NCBI GenBank assembly: GCA_035358715.1
Contig: DAOPPX010000005.1
Coordinates: 25-64,024 of the forward strand
Source of the DNA: Verrucomicrobiota bacterium
Lineage (GTDB): Bacteria; Verrucomicrobiota; Verrucomicrobiia; Limisphaerales; UBA8199
DNA length: 64,000 bases
Direction: 5' to 3'
Shown here: in pieces, positions 1 through 9,067 of the stretch
Layout of the letters: every line of letters begins with the position of its first letter
How positions within the stretch are numbered: position 1 is the stretch's first letter
The notes under the pieces: generated by a model
Told to the model about the DNA's origin: nothing
Database searches by the model: none
The model's input: the letters and a program-made list of their open reading frames with translations, nothing else
Made by a program: the position numbers and the translations under genes

Positions 1-47
1 CTTTTCTCACACCTCTATGGGATGCCTGTGATATTCATTTGTGGGTT

Positions 48-1790
48 CTAAATGACCTTTACGGCTGGTTTAGTGTCCTTGTTGGCGGCTTGGAGGCTGG
101 CCAACAACGCGGTGCGGTCGGTCTTCCCGCTGGAGGTCTTGGGCAGCAGATCGCAGAACTCGATTCGCTCGGGCACCATGTACTTGGGCACGTGCCGGGC
201 GCAAAACGCCTCCAACTCCTTCGGGGTTACGTTGCCGTCGCGTGAAAGCACAACGAAGGCGCGAATCCGGTTGCCCAGCAATTCGTCGGGAATTGCCAGC
301 GCCACGGCCTCCTTGACCTGTTCGTGGCGGTAGAGAGCGGTTTCGATTTCTCCCAACTCGATCCGGTAGCCACGGCTCTTGATCATGTGATCGCGGCGGC
401 CGAGGTAAATCCAGTTCTTGCGATCCGGCGCCAAGACAACGATATCACCGGTCCGGAAGGCCGGGTCCGGGAACACCTGGTTCAGCGGGTTCTGAACGAA
501 CGCCTTGGCGGTCTTTTCGCGGTCGCCCCAATAGCCCTGCGCCACGCAGGCGCCCCTGGCCCAAAGTTCCCCCTCCTGCCCAGGCTCGGTAACGAGTGCT
601 CCATCCTTGTCAATGGCGAACACATCAATGTTGCGGCAGGCCCGGCCGATCGGCACCGGCTGTGTGCGTTCCGGAGCGAGGTCCTGAGGTTGGACGTGGT
701 AATACGTGCAGACATTGGTCTCCGTAGGCCCGTACAAATTGTAGTACGAAGGATGGGGAACGATCTCCACCAGCCGCCGCAGGTATTTTAGAGGGAACAC
801 CTCACCAGCAAAGAGCACCGCACGCAGGGCGGAGAAATCGTGCGCGCCGAGTTTGCCATAGTTCACCATGAACGAGAGAATCGACGGGACCAGGTAGGTG
901 ATCGTGATCCGTTCGTCCTGGATCAAATCCGCCATCTGAACAGGCAACGCCGCGAGGTTTTCGCCGACAAGCACAATCGTCGCTCCCGCCTTGATGGTGG
1001 CATAGAGGTCGAACGTTGACAGATCGAAATGCAGTGGCGCATGGCTGGTGACGCGGTCCTTCGCGGTCATCTGAAACTCGGCGCAGGCCCAGTCAACAAA
1101 TGTGAGGATCGTTCGGTGGGAGATCATCACGCCTTTTGGGGCACCAGTCGAACCGGAAGTGTAAAGGATGTAGGCCAGGTCGTTATCAATGCATTCCGGC
1201 AAATACACCTGGGCGCTGTCCTGGCCCAGGACGACGCTCCACGGCGTCACTACGACTTGCGGCGGGAGCTCGCGCGGCGCTTCCGGCGAGTCGTCGGCGA
1301 GCACGACGTGTTCGATGGGGCTGCCTTCGATAAAGAACTCCGCCAACAAGGGGAACTTGGCCGCCGAGGTGAGGACGACTCTAATACCGCAGTCACGCGT
1401 GATGTAAGCAAGGCGCTTGGGAGGGGCGTTCGGATCAAGCGGGACATAGGCCGCGCCGGCCTTCATAATCCCAAACACACCGATCACAGAGGCGTGTGAC
1501 TTGTGGATGTAGAGACCGACACGGTCTCCTCGCTTGACCCCGGCCGAAATCAGCGTGCGCGCGAGCTGATTGGTCAGGCGCTCCAGATGGGCATAGGTAA
1601 GTGCAACGCCATCCATGCGAACGGCATCCCGCTCGGGGTAATGGGCGGCGCTACGGGTGAGGAATTGAGGCAACAGGTATTCCACAAGATTCTCGTTGCA
1701 TGTGATCATCTCTGGCGCGATCTGCTCAATGCTATCTACATTCGTTAGTTGCTGATGCCCGGAGTTGCTCACCTGGCCTGCGTTGGCCAT
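48..1790 (-). CDS. Stand-alone adenylation enzyme (ANL superfamily; DltA/NRPS A-domain-like)
   Basis: The 580-aa ORF carries the A-domain core motifs LAYILYTSGSTGAPKGV, YNLYGPTE, FRTGD, GRRDHMIKSRGYRIELGEIE and PKTSSGKTDR. No C, T or TE domains are present. The ORF-track start overlaps the upstream gene by 59 nt. The ATG at 1709 (MITCNENLVEYL) is an alternative start. Confidence 0.9.
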   Translation of the reverse strand: MANAGQVSNSGHQQLTNVDSIEQIAPEMITCNENLVEYLLPQFLTRSAAHYPERDAVRMDGVALTYAHLERLTNQLARTLISAGVKRGDRVGLYIHKSHASVIGVFGIMKAGAAYVPLDPNAPPKRLAYITRDCGIRVVLTSAAKFPLLAEFFIEGSPIEHVVLADDSPEAPRELPPQVVVTPWSVVLGQDSAQVYLPECIDNDLAYILYTSGSTGAPKGVMISHRTILTFVDWACAEFQMTAKDRVTSHAPLHFDLSTFDLYATIKAGATIVLVGENLAALPVQMADLIQDERITITYLVPSILSFMVNYGKLGAHDFSALRAVLFAGEVFPLKYLRRLVEIVPHPSYYNLYGPTETNVCTYYHVQPQDLAPERTQPVPIGRACRNIDVFAIDKDGALVTEPGQEGELWARGACVAQGYWGDREKTAKAFVQNPLNQVFPDPAFRTGDIVVLAPDRKNWIYLGRRDHMIKSRGYRIELGEIETALYRHEQVKEAVALAIPDELLGNRIRAFVVLSRDGNVTPKELEAFCARHVPKYMVPERIEFCDLLPKTSSGKTDRTALLASLQAANKDTKPAVKVI

Positions 1791-3768
1791 CCACCAACAA
1801 TTCAGCGATATCTACAACCGCAGGGGGTCTCTTCGCTGAGACAGTCGCCACGGCATCGGTCATCATTTTGAGGCAAAACGGGCAGCCCGTGGCGATCACG
1901 CCGGCACCCGTGCTCTCGGCTTCCTTCGCTCTGAGCGTGGAGACACGCTGCGCTGGCGCCTCATCCATCCACATGCGCCCACCACCCGCGCCACAGCAGA
2001 AGGACTTCCTTCCGCTTCGCGGCATCTCTCGCAAAACGGCAGCGCTCCGCGAAAGAACTTGTCGAGGCGCCGAGATCTCGCCGTTCGCGCGGGCCAGGTA
2101 GCATGGATCATGAAAGGTGACGGCAGTGTGAAGGCCAGGAGAGGGCCGCAAACGACCCGCGGCAAGGAGTTCCGCCAGGAATTGAGAGTGATGCTGAACC
2201 TGGTAATGACCGCCGAATTGAGGATACTCGTTCAGCAGAGTGTTGTAGCAGTGCGGACAGGCGGTCACAATCTTCCTGGCGTTGTGCGCATCGAGCGTTC
2301 GGATATTGTGCTGAGCGAGGTCCTGGAAAAGGAACTCGTCGCCAAGCCTGCGGGCCTGATCGCCAGTGCAACGTTCCAACTTGCCGAGAACTGCGTAGTT
2401 GACCCCGGCCGATTCCATCAACTGAACCATGCAGCGCGCCACGTTCTGCGCGCGTGGATCAAATGCAGCCGCGCAACCAACCCAGTAAAGAAACTCGTAC
2501 CCGGGGTTCGATTCGACTGTCGGCACACTCAGGCCATCCGCCCACCCAAGCCGTTCCGCATTAGGCCGGCCATAAGGATTGAACCGATTGGCAACGTGCT
2601 TCATTGAAACGGCAGCAGGGCCGGAGAAAGCTCCTTCGCCGACGAGATTACGTCGCAAATCACTGATGAAATCTACGTGGCCGATAAGCACTGGGCATTC
2701 TTCGACGCAGGCCTGGCACATTGTGCAAGCCCATAAAGACTCCGTTCGGATAGTGTCTCCCGGCAAGGAATCGGCCTCTGGCCCTCCCCACCGGGACATC
2801 GCGGCACGCAGGTCCGCAACCAGGTTCTTTGGTGAAAGTGGTTTGCCGACGCCCCACGCTGGACAGACATCCTGGCAGCGACCACACCCCATGCAGGAAT
2901 CCAGACTCAGCAGTTGCTGGCGGGTAAAATCCGCCAATTGCTTTACCCCCACCTTCCCGGACTTCTCCACGTCCTCCAATTTCAGCGGCGCCAGCACTCC
3001 AACTCCGCGCTGCGGCCGGCTCGCGATATTCACAGGGCCGGTGAGGACGTGCAGGAACCGGGTTGCCGGGATACATGCGAAGAATGCCGCGGCAAGTACC
3101 GTGTGCAACCACCACATGCCCAGGTGCAGAGGAGCGGTTGTGCCAACCTCCAGATTTCGCAAGAATGCAAGCTGAATTGCATCCCCGATCACAGACCAGC
3201 GGGCGATTTCACCTGGGACATGGCTGTAATGAAGGCGGAGAGCTTCCAGAATGAACCCTGTGACGCCCAGCCCGAGCAGTAGGCTTAGCAATGTCAGATC
3301 TCTGAGGTTGTCGTGCCCCAGACTGGCGGGCCTACGGAAGGTGCGACGGAGAAAAGCCAGGACGCACCCGATGCAAAACGCGACGCCGAAGACGTCCATG
3401 GTCAACTCATACACCAAGTAGTACAGCCCGTGATGGAAGTTGACGGGACCCTGGTCGGCGACCGCAAGCAGCGTCGTGCCGATCGTAAGAACCACGAATC
3501 CGCTCGCCAATAGGAGATGCAACGCCGCTCCAAGAGATTTTCGATGGACGCGCTTTTGAGCGACCGCGTAAACTGCCAACCGGCTCAGCCACACGCGCCA
3601 GTCTTTTTCGAATCCGCCCGACCGTCCCTGGCGCCATAGTCTCAGCCGCCCCCAAACCTGCCAACCTAACGCTGCCAGGCTTCCGCAGATCATGATGTAG
3701 AAAACCACGCGCATCCACGGGGCGATGTTGCCGAAGACCTCTCGGGTGGGTGCGATCCCGGTTTCCAT
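1732..3768 (-). CDS. Membrane-anchored Fe-S oxidoreductase, a fusion of an HdrE/DsrM/NarI-like membrane domain with an HdrD/DsrK/GlpC-like domain (EtfD-type candidate)
   Basis: The N-terminal ~250 aa form about 5-6 hydrophobic helices with conserved His residues. Two 4Fe-4S ferredoxin motifs follow (CMGCGRCQDVCP, CTMCQACVEECP). Two CCG-type Cys-rich domains are present (ACPHCYNT; FCCGAGGG...GCPFCLKM). The gene lies immediately upstream of etfA, etfB and the ACAD gene. Confidence 0.85.
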   Translation of the reverse strand: METGIAPTREVFGNIAPWMRVVFYIMICGSLAALGWQVWGRLRLWRQGRSGGFEKDWRVWLSRLAVYAVAQKRVHRKSLGAALHLLLASGFVVLTIGTTLLAVADQGPVNFHHGLYYLVYELTMDVFGVAFCIGCVLAFLRRTFRRPASLGHDNLRDLTLLSLLLGLGVTGFILEALRLHYSHVPGEIARWSVIGDAIQLAFLRNLEVGTTAPLHLGMWWLHTVLAAAFFACIPATRFLHVLTGPVNIASRPQRGVGVLAPLKLEDVEKSGKVGVKQLADFTRQQLLSLDSCMGCGRCQDVCPAWGVGKPLSPKNLVADLRAAMSRWGGPEADSLPGDTIRTESLWACTMCQACVEECPVLIGHVDFISDLRRNLVGEGAFSGPAAVSMKHVANRFNPYGRPNAERLGWADGLSVPTVESNPGYEFLYWVGCAAAFDPRAQNVARCMVQLMESAGVNYAVLGKLERCTGDQARRLGDEFLFQDLAQHNIRTLDAHNARKIVTACPHCYNTLLNEYPQFGGHYQVQHHSQFLAELLAAGRLRPSPGLHTAVTFHDPCYLARANGEISAPRQVLSRSAAVLREMPRSGRKSFCCGAGGGRMWMDEAPAQRVSTLRAKEAESTGAGVIATGCPFCLKMMTDAVATVSAKRPPAVVDIAELLVDGQRRPGEQLRASATNECR

Positions 3769-3774
3769 GACTAC

Positions 3775-4734
3775 TCAGGAGCGAATTGCAGCGATCAGGT
3801 TGGGCACAAGCTCGTGTAAGTCACCAACCAGTCCGTAGTTGGCCATCTGAAATACCGGCGCATCAGGATCGCGGTTAATGGCTACGATCACTTTGGCATC
3901 CATGGTACCCGCCATATGCTGGATTGCGCCTGAAACGCCGACCGCGAAGTACAGTTCCGGTGCAACGGTCTTGCCCGTCTGGCCAACCTGACAATCATTC
4001 GGGACCATGCCGGCATCCACAGCAGCGCGCGTTGCGCCAACGGCCCCTCCCAAGGCATCCGCAAGCCCTCCAATTAACCGCTCGAAGGTCTCCTTGTCCT
4101 TGAGTGGCCTGCCCCCGCTTACAACGACGCTGGCCTCTGTCAGGTCGGGCCTTCCTGAAGGACGCGTATCACGCGACACGAACTGGGTCCCATTCGGAAG
4201 CGCTGCCGGGTCGAAGCTAAACATCTCGATAGGGCTGGGCGCCCCGGTGGGGACTGGAGTCGCGAACGCGGCACCTCGTACCGTCAAAACACGAACGTCA
4301 CCTTCGAGTTTCACAGTGGCCGACACGCTGCCTGCGTTCACCGGGTGTTGAAAGACGGTTTCCCCGTTGACAGTTTCCGAACCGGTAACATCGGAAAGCA
4401 TCGGGGCGTCGAGCAGCGCCGCTGTGCGAGGGAGAACGTCCTTTGTGAAGGTAGATGATGTGCCGAGCAGATTCCTGGCACCGAGCCTTCGCGCCATGGC
4501 TGCGAGAACAGCCGCATACCTGTCGGCGAGTGGTTCGGCCAGAAGCGGGCTATCCGCCAGCAAGACCGCTCTGGCGCCCAGTGCCCTCACGGATTCGGCA
4601 ATTTCGACTACACCATTGCCCAAGACTGCGAGGGCAAAGTGGTCACCCAAACGGCAGGCCAATCTGGCAGCGTTCAGGGAAGATCGCTTTATGGATCCCG
4701 CGCAATGCTCGATCAGTACCAGGCTTTCGATCAT
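3775..4734 (-). CDS. etfA: Electron transfer flavoprotein, alpha subunit
   Basis: The 319-aa protein has the C-terminal ETF-alpha FAD-binding signature (ELYFAVGVSGAIQHMAGTMDAKVIVAINRDPDAPVF). It is adjacent to etfB. Confidence 0.93.
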   Translation of the reverse strand: MIESLVLIEHCAGSIKRSSLNAARLACRLGDHFALAVLGNGVVEIAESVRALGARAVLLADSPLLAEPLADRYAAVLAAMARRLGARNLLGTSSTFTKDVLPRTAALLDAPMLSDVTGSETVNGETVFQHPVNAGSVSATVKLEGDVRVLTVRGAAFATPVPTGAPSPIEMFSFDPAALPNGTQFVSRDTRPSGRPDLTEASVVVSGGRPLKDKETFERLIGGLADALGGAVGATRAAVDAGMVPNDCQVGQTGKTVAPELYFAVGVSGAIQHMAGTMDAKVIVAINRDPDAPVFQMANYGLVGDLHELVPNLIAAIRS

Positions 4735-4767
4735 AGTCGAAGCGAACTGTATTCACCTTTATGCAAA

Positions 4768-5505
4768 TCAGAGGACCTTGTCGTTGTTGCGCAAACAAGC
4801 CACAAGCTGCTCCACTGTCTCCAACCGGACGCCGGCCGCACGCCGCGGTGTGGGTGAGGATTTCAGAACCGTGCTTCGCGACTGCACGTCCACGCCGATT
4901 TGTTCGACCGTAAGGACTTCAAACGGACGACGGCGTGCCTTCATTAGACTCGGCAGCGAAACGTATCGCGGCTCGTTGAGGCGCAGATCCGTCGTTACCA
5001 CCGCCGGCAGATCCACGGTGATAACCTCCAGGCCCGAATCCGTTTCCCGAGTGCAGCGGGCGATCGTGAAGCCGGACACGAATTCGATTTTGGAAACGAA
5101 TGTAGCCTGGGGCCAACTGAGTCTCCCTGCCAGCATTTGGCCGGTTTGGTTTGCGTCGCTGTCCACGGCTTGTTTGCCCATGAGAACCAGGTCAGGCTTT
5201 TCCAGTCGTACTACACCTTCCAGAATGCGCGAAACAGCGTAGGCGTCCAGGTAACGGCTATCATCAACCCGGATTGCGCGATCCAGCCCCATCGCCATGG
5301 CGGTGCGAACTTGCTCCTCGGCGCCTTCGGAACCGATCGTGGCGCCCACCAATTCCTGCGCTTCGCCACGCTCCTTGATTCGAATCGCTTCCTCGACTGC
5401 AATTTCATCAAACGGATTAATGATCCACTTGCGTTCTTCCACCGCGCCCTGGTCCACATACGATCCGGGATCTGCAACACGCTTGAAAGGAACCAGAATC
5501 TTCAT
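4768..5505 (-). CDS. etfB: Electron transfer flavoprotein, beta subunit
   Basis: The N-terminus MKILVPFKRV is typical of EtfB, and homology runs the full length. I chose the internal ATG at 5505. The ORF-track start at 5529 would overlap the ACAD stop. Confidence 0.92.
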   Translation of the reverse strand: MKILVPFKRVADPGSYVDQGAVEERKWIINPFDEIAVEEAIRIKERGEAQELVGATIGSEGAEEQVRTAMAMGLDRAIRVDDSRYLDAYAVSRILEGVVRLEKPDLVLMGKQAVDSDANQTGQMLAGRLSWPQATFVSKIEFVSGFTIARCTRETDSGLEVITVDLPAVVTTDLRLNEPRYVSLPSLMKARRRPFEVLTVEQIGVDVQSRSTVLKSSPTPRRAAGVRLETVEQLVACLRNNDKVL

Positions 5506-5518
5506 CGGCAGAACTGGA

Positions 5519-6664
5519 TTACAGCCCAAGCAGGGAGGCGATCAGATTCTTTTGAATCTCGCTGGTGCCGGAGTAGAGACGGCTGCCCAATGCGTCGCGC
5601 AGCTCACGCTCCATTTCGTAGTCAACCATGTATCCGTATCCTCCGTGAACCTGGATCGCGTCTTCACAGGTCTTTATCCAGCAGTCACTGATGTGAAGCT
5701 TCACCATTGCGGCTTCGAGAAAGCCCGCCTTGCCCTGCGAACGCAACCAGGCGCTGTGGTAGAGGAGTTGGCGCGAGGTTTCCAGGCGCAGTTTCATATC
5801 AACGATCTTGCCAGCGACGTGCTGGAACTTCCCGATGGATTGCCCGGATTGCTTGCGGGTTTTCGCGTAACGGATGCAGGTCTCGAGAATCCGTTGCATC
5901 GCCCCGACGGCACTCGCAAGGATACAGCCGCGTTCCCAGGTCATCGAACGGGAGAACACCAAACTGCCTCCGCCCTCCTGACCAAGCCTATTCTCCACGG
6001 GGACAGGGCAGTCTTCGAGGAACACCTCTGCCATTTGAGCCGTCCGCATACCCATCTTTTCTATCTTACGACCGATAACAAGACCGGGCGTGTTCTTCTC
6101 CACGAGGAAGCCAGTAACGCCATGGGGCCCTTTCGATTTATCAACCGTGGCATAAACTGCAAACAGGTCGGCCACTGGCGCATTGGTGACGAATGTCTTG
6201 CTCCCATTGAGGAGATAATGAGCACCATCCCGCTGGGCGGTGGTAGCCAGGTTGAACGCGTCGGAGCCGAAGTTCGGCTCACTCATTGCATTGGCGCCGA
6301 CGATGGCCCCGCTGGAAAGGCCGGGCAGGTATTTCCGCTTCTGCGAATCGGTTCCCGTTGTGATCAGGGGCATGACCACAGTCCAAAGATGCGCGTTGAT
6401 AGCGAAGATCAAACCGTTGTCCTTGCAAGAGTACCCTAACCGCTCGAGCACACCCGCGGTCATCAACGGATCGCATCCCAACCCCCCGTACTCCGGAGGG
6501 ACTGGCAGCCCCTGAATGCCAAAAACGCCGCACTTCTTCCACGCATCGTGACTAAACTGGCCCGCTCGGTCGGCCTGGATTGCGTCATATGCCAGTTCCC
6601 GAGCGGCAAAACGGTGCACGGCGTCGAGCAACTCCTTTTGCTCCTTGGACCAGGAAAAATCCAT
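5519..6664 (-). CDS. Acyl-CoA dehydrogenase family flavoprotein (substrate unknown)
   Basis: The 381-aa protein has the ACAD fold along its length (GANAMSEPNFGSD, FVTNAP, HGGYGY). The C-terminal motif reads YSGTSEIQ rather than YEGTSEIQ. Confidence 0.92.
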   Translation of the reverse strand: MDFSWSKEQKELLDAVHRFAARELAYDAIQADRAGQFSHDAWKKCGVFGIQGLPVPPEYGGLGCDPLMTAGVLERLGYSCKDNGLIFAINAHLWTVVMPLITTGTDSQKRKYLPGLSSGAIVGANAMSEPNFGSDAFNLATTAQRDGAHYLLNGSKTFVTNAPVADLFAVYATVDKSKGPHGVTGFLVEKNTPGLVIGRKIEKMGMRTAQMAEVFLEDCPVPVENRLGQEGGGSLVFSRSMTWERGCILASAVGAMQRILETCIRYAKTRKQSGQSIGKFQHVAGKIVDMKLRLETSRQLLYHSAWLRSQGKAGFLEAAMVKLHISDCWIKTCEDAIQVHGGYGYMVDYEMERELRDALGSRLYSGTSEIQKNLIASLLGL

Positions 6665-6709
6665 ATTGCTTGATAGATTCTGTCTTGAGACTCGTGATCA
6701 GCCGCCTGC

Positions 6710-8017
6710 CTATACGACGTTCGCGGCCATTTCTTCGTCTGCTATTCCCACCGTTTCCGGGCTCTTGGCAACCTCCTCGGAGGTGATCGCACGGAGCGAG
6801 GCTGTCACCGCCAGGGTAAGATAGATGAAGATGAACGACTGATCGAAATACGCGATCGAGGTGCAGGAAACCGCGTGAACGAAGAGCGCCGCGCCCACAC
6901 ACCATACGAAGAAATGGTCCTGCGGAGGGCGAAGTCGGAGGAGTTGCCCGGCTGCTCGAAACCCCCACCACAGGAAGGACATGAAGAGCAGCATCAGAAG
7001 CAGCCCGCCTCGCACTCCCTGTCCCAGGTAGTGGTTGGTGATATCCGCGTGGTCTTCGCTCCACCCGACCCCGTAGGGCATCCAATCCCTCGTGTAATCA
7101 GTACCTGCGAACCACCACTCATTGATGTGCTCGATGCTTGATTGGATGAGTGCAGCTCGATGGTAGCCGGTGCTGCCGCCTACAAGATCTACCCGGGCCA
7201 CAAGATAATACGCCGGAGCCTTCATCACCAGATCGAGCAGCAGGTAGCCGACAATCGCCGCAACCCATACATGGCGCGTGAAACGGCGCCAACGCCAAAA
7301 TGCCAGCGCGGCGATCCCCGCGAACACGCTCAGGAGGGGCCCGCTGGATGCGCAAGTGACAACCATCAGGAGGCAGGCGGCAAGTCCAACCCGAGCTGCC
7401 AACGGTTCCTTCCTCCAAATCCCAACCAAGAGCGGGGCGCAAACCGCCCCTACTGTGCCGGCGAGGATGGAAACAGCGAACGGACCCTGGGCGCGCAGCC
7501 GGCCATTGCGGATCGTCGGTTCCTCTCCGACCCCGCCCAACACTGCGAACAGATTTCGATGAAGCAGCTTCTCGCTCAGCATTTCGAGCGCGACCGGCAC
7601 CAGCAGGATGGCGATCATTTTGGCAATCCGAATGGCATCGTCGAAAGACTGGCAGAAACACCGGAATAGAAAATAAATCCCGAGGACATTATAGAACATT
7701 CCCAGATGAAACGTCAACGTCTCTCCAGGATCTGGATGGAAGGCGCTGCTCAGGAGGACCCACCCGCCCCAGACCATTACCAGCCAATCCAAGCCGAAAA
7801 GACCACCCGCGGGGCGTTCACCCCGGGCCAAGACGCGCACCAAGCCCGTTAACACGAGGATGCGGATAACCGTGAACCGGAACGGGCCGAGGTCAACTGC
7901 CTGGCCCAGCGTCATGTAGCAGGCGCCGACCAGCAGAGGCAGCGGCGCCCATTTTCGCGGCAAGACCAGCAGCGCCAGCGCGGCTACCACGAGGAATGTT
8001 GCAGCAATCGGATTCAC
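6710..8017 (-). CDS. O-antigen ligase / Wzy-like polytopic membrane protein
   Basis: The 435-aa protein has about 10 or more hydrophobic helices with a large loop (O-antigen-ligase-like pattern). It has a 4-nt overlap with the upstream GT2 gene and sits in an EPS-locus context. Confidence 0.75.
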   Translation of the reverse strand: MNPIAATFLVVAALALLVLPRKWAPLPLLVGACYMTLGQAVDLGPFRFTVIRILVLTGLVRVLARGERPAGGLFGLDWLVMVWGGWVLLSSAFHPDPGETLTFHLGMFYNVLGIYFLFRCFCQSFDDAIRIAKMIAILLVPVALEMLSEKLLHRNLFAVLGGVGEEPTIRNGRLRAQGPFAVSILAGTVGAVCAPLLVGIWRKEPLAARVGLAACLLMVVTCASSGPLLSVFAGIAALAFWRWRRFTRHVWVAAIVGYLLLDLVMKAPAYYLVARVDLVGGSTGYHRAALIQSSIEHINEWWFAGTDYTRDWMPYGVGWSEDHADITNHYLGQGVRGGLLLMLLFMSFLWWGFRAAGQLLRLRPPQDHFFVWCVGAALFVHAVSCTSIAYFDQSFIFIYLTLAVTASLRAITSEEVAKSPETVGIADEEMAANVV

Positions 8018-9015
8018 GAGACAGAGTCAGGCGCCGGGCACTCGACTGCACCCAGTCGAGCCTCAGTTGCGCGGGGCGACTCGGCGACGAATGGGCGTTT
8101 AAGGCCGACGGCCCAGAGAAACACACACCATAACGTGAACAGTCTCTGGCGCGCCCTGGTTCCCTGGCGGACCATACACAACAGGCTTCCGAGCAGCATA
8201 CGAAACACCGCGCTAACCCCGACCACCAGGCGAAACAGCGCGACTCCAATCCACCCGTAGTACTTGCACATGTACTTGGCGATCGAGTCGTTCTTCATGA
8301 GCAGCGAAAAACCGCTGGGGGCCTTCTCGCTGGTGGCGCCGCAAACGTGGAGTATTTCGGCCTCCGCGCAATAGAAGAGCTCCCACCCGAGGAAACGAAT
8401 GGTGCGTGAAAGGTCAACGTCCTCGGCATACATAAAGTAGCGGTCGTCGAACCAGCCAGCCCGGTCCAACGCTTCCTTGCGCACCATCATGAATCCGCCA
8501 TAGAGTTTTCGGACGTAGGCGCTTCGCAGCGGGTCCAGGCGCGGGAGCAATGGACGAAAGAGTCGGCGGCATGCTCGGTTGGCCAGTACCGGCTCGAGTA
8601 GAATCGTAATGGGCGTAGGGTACCACTGCAATCCCTGCTCCTGCACCCCGCCGTCCAGGTACCGCATCTTGCATCCGGCGGCGCCCACATCGGGCTTGGC
8701 CATCATGAGTTGGACCATGCGTTCCAGCGTATCGGGCTTGAGTTCGGTATCTGGGTTCAGGAACAGCACCAGCGGGGTTGTCACCCGGGGCCGCGCCAGG
8801 TTGTTGGCTTTGCCAAAGCCGAGATTAGCACCGGAATTGAAGATGTGGAACTCCGCGAATTGCCGCTGAGCAAGCTCGCGACTGCCGTCGCGGGAGTCGT
8901 TGTCCACAACAATGACTCTGACTTCGAAACTCGTCCGACTTTCACGAATGCTCCGCAGGCAGCGCAGGAGAAACTCGCCGCCGTTCCAGTTTACGATGAC
9001 GATGGTGAGGTCCAT
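8014..9015 (-). CDS. Glycosyltransferase family 2
   Basis: The N-terminus (TIVIVNWNGGEFLLRCLRSI...VIVVDNDSRDGS) is the GT-A/GT2 signature. Confidence 0.9.
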   Translation of the reverse strand: MDLTIVIVNWNGGEFLLRCLRSIRESRTSFEVRVIVVDNDSRDGSRELAQRQFAEFHIFNSGANLGFGKANNLARPRVTTPLVLFLNPDTELKPDTLERMVQLMMAKPDVGAAGCKMRYLDGGVQEQGLQWYPTPITILLEPVLANRACRRLFRPLLPRLDPLRSAYVRKLYGGFMMVRKEALDRAGWFDDRYFMYAEDVDLSRTIRFLGWELFYCAEAEILHVCGATSEKAPSGFSLLMKNDSIAKYMCKYYGWIGVALFRLVVGVSAVFRMLLGSLLCMVRQGTRARQRLFTLWCVFLWAVGLKRPFVAESPRATEARLGAVECPAPDSVS

Positions 9016-9067
9016 CCAGAGCAGAAACTACGAAAGCAGAAAGCGGAGGCGGGCAGCGGGGCGTGTC

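Noticed and set aside
1732-1790. The 59-nt overlap between the Fe-S oxidoreductase stop and the adenylation enzyme start as evidence of a frameshift or fusion.
   Set aside because: The two genes are in different frames, each with a complete domain set. An internal ATG at 1709 removes the overlap, so this is most likely only start-codon ambiguity.
5297-6439. 380-aa plus-strand ORF antisense to the acyl-CoA dehydrogenase gene.
   Set aside because: Composition is Arg/Gly/Ala/Pro-rich and typical of antisense frames in GC-rich DNA. It has no motifs, and the minus-strand ACAD homology is unambiguous. The same reasoning applies to 18220-19230, 25166-26275, 27952-29136, 29884-31029, 34042-35286, 42144-43262, 45054-46070, 48143-49780, 55069-56370, 56364-57461, 58479-59459, 60845-61882 and 62140-63138.
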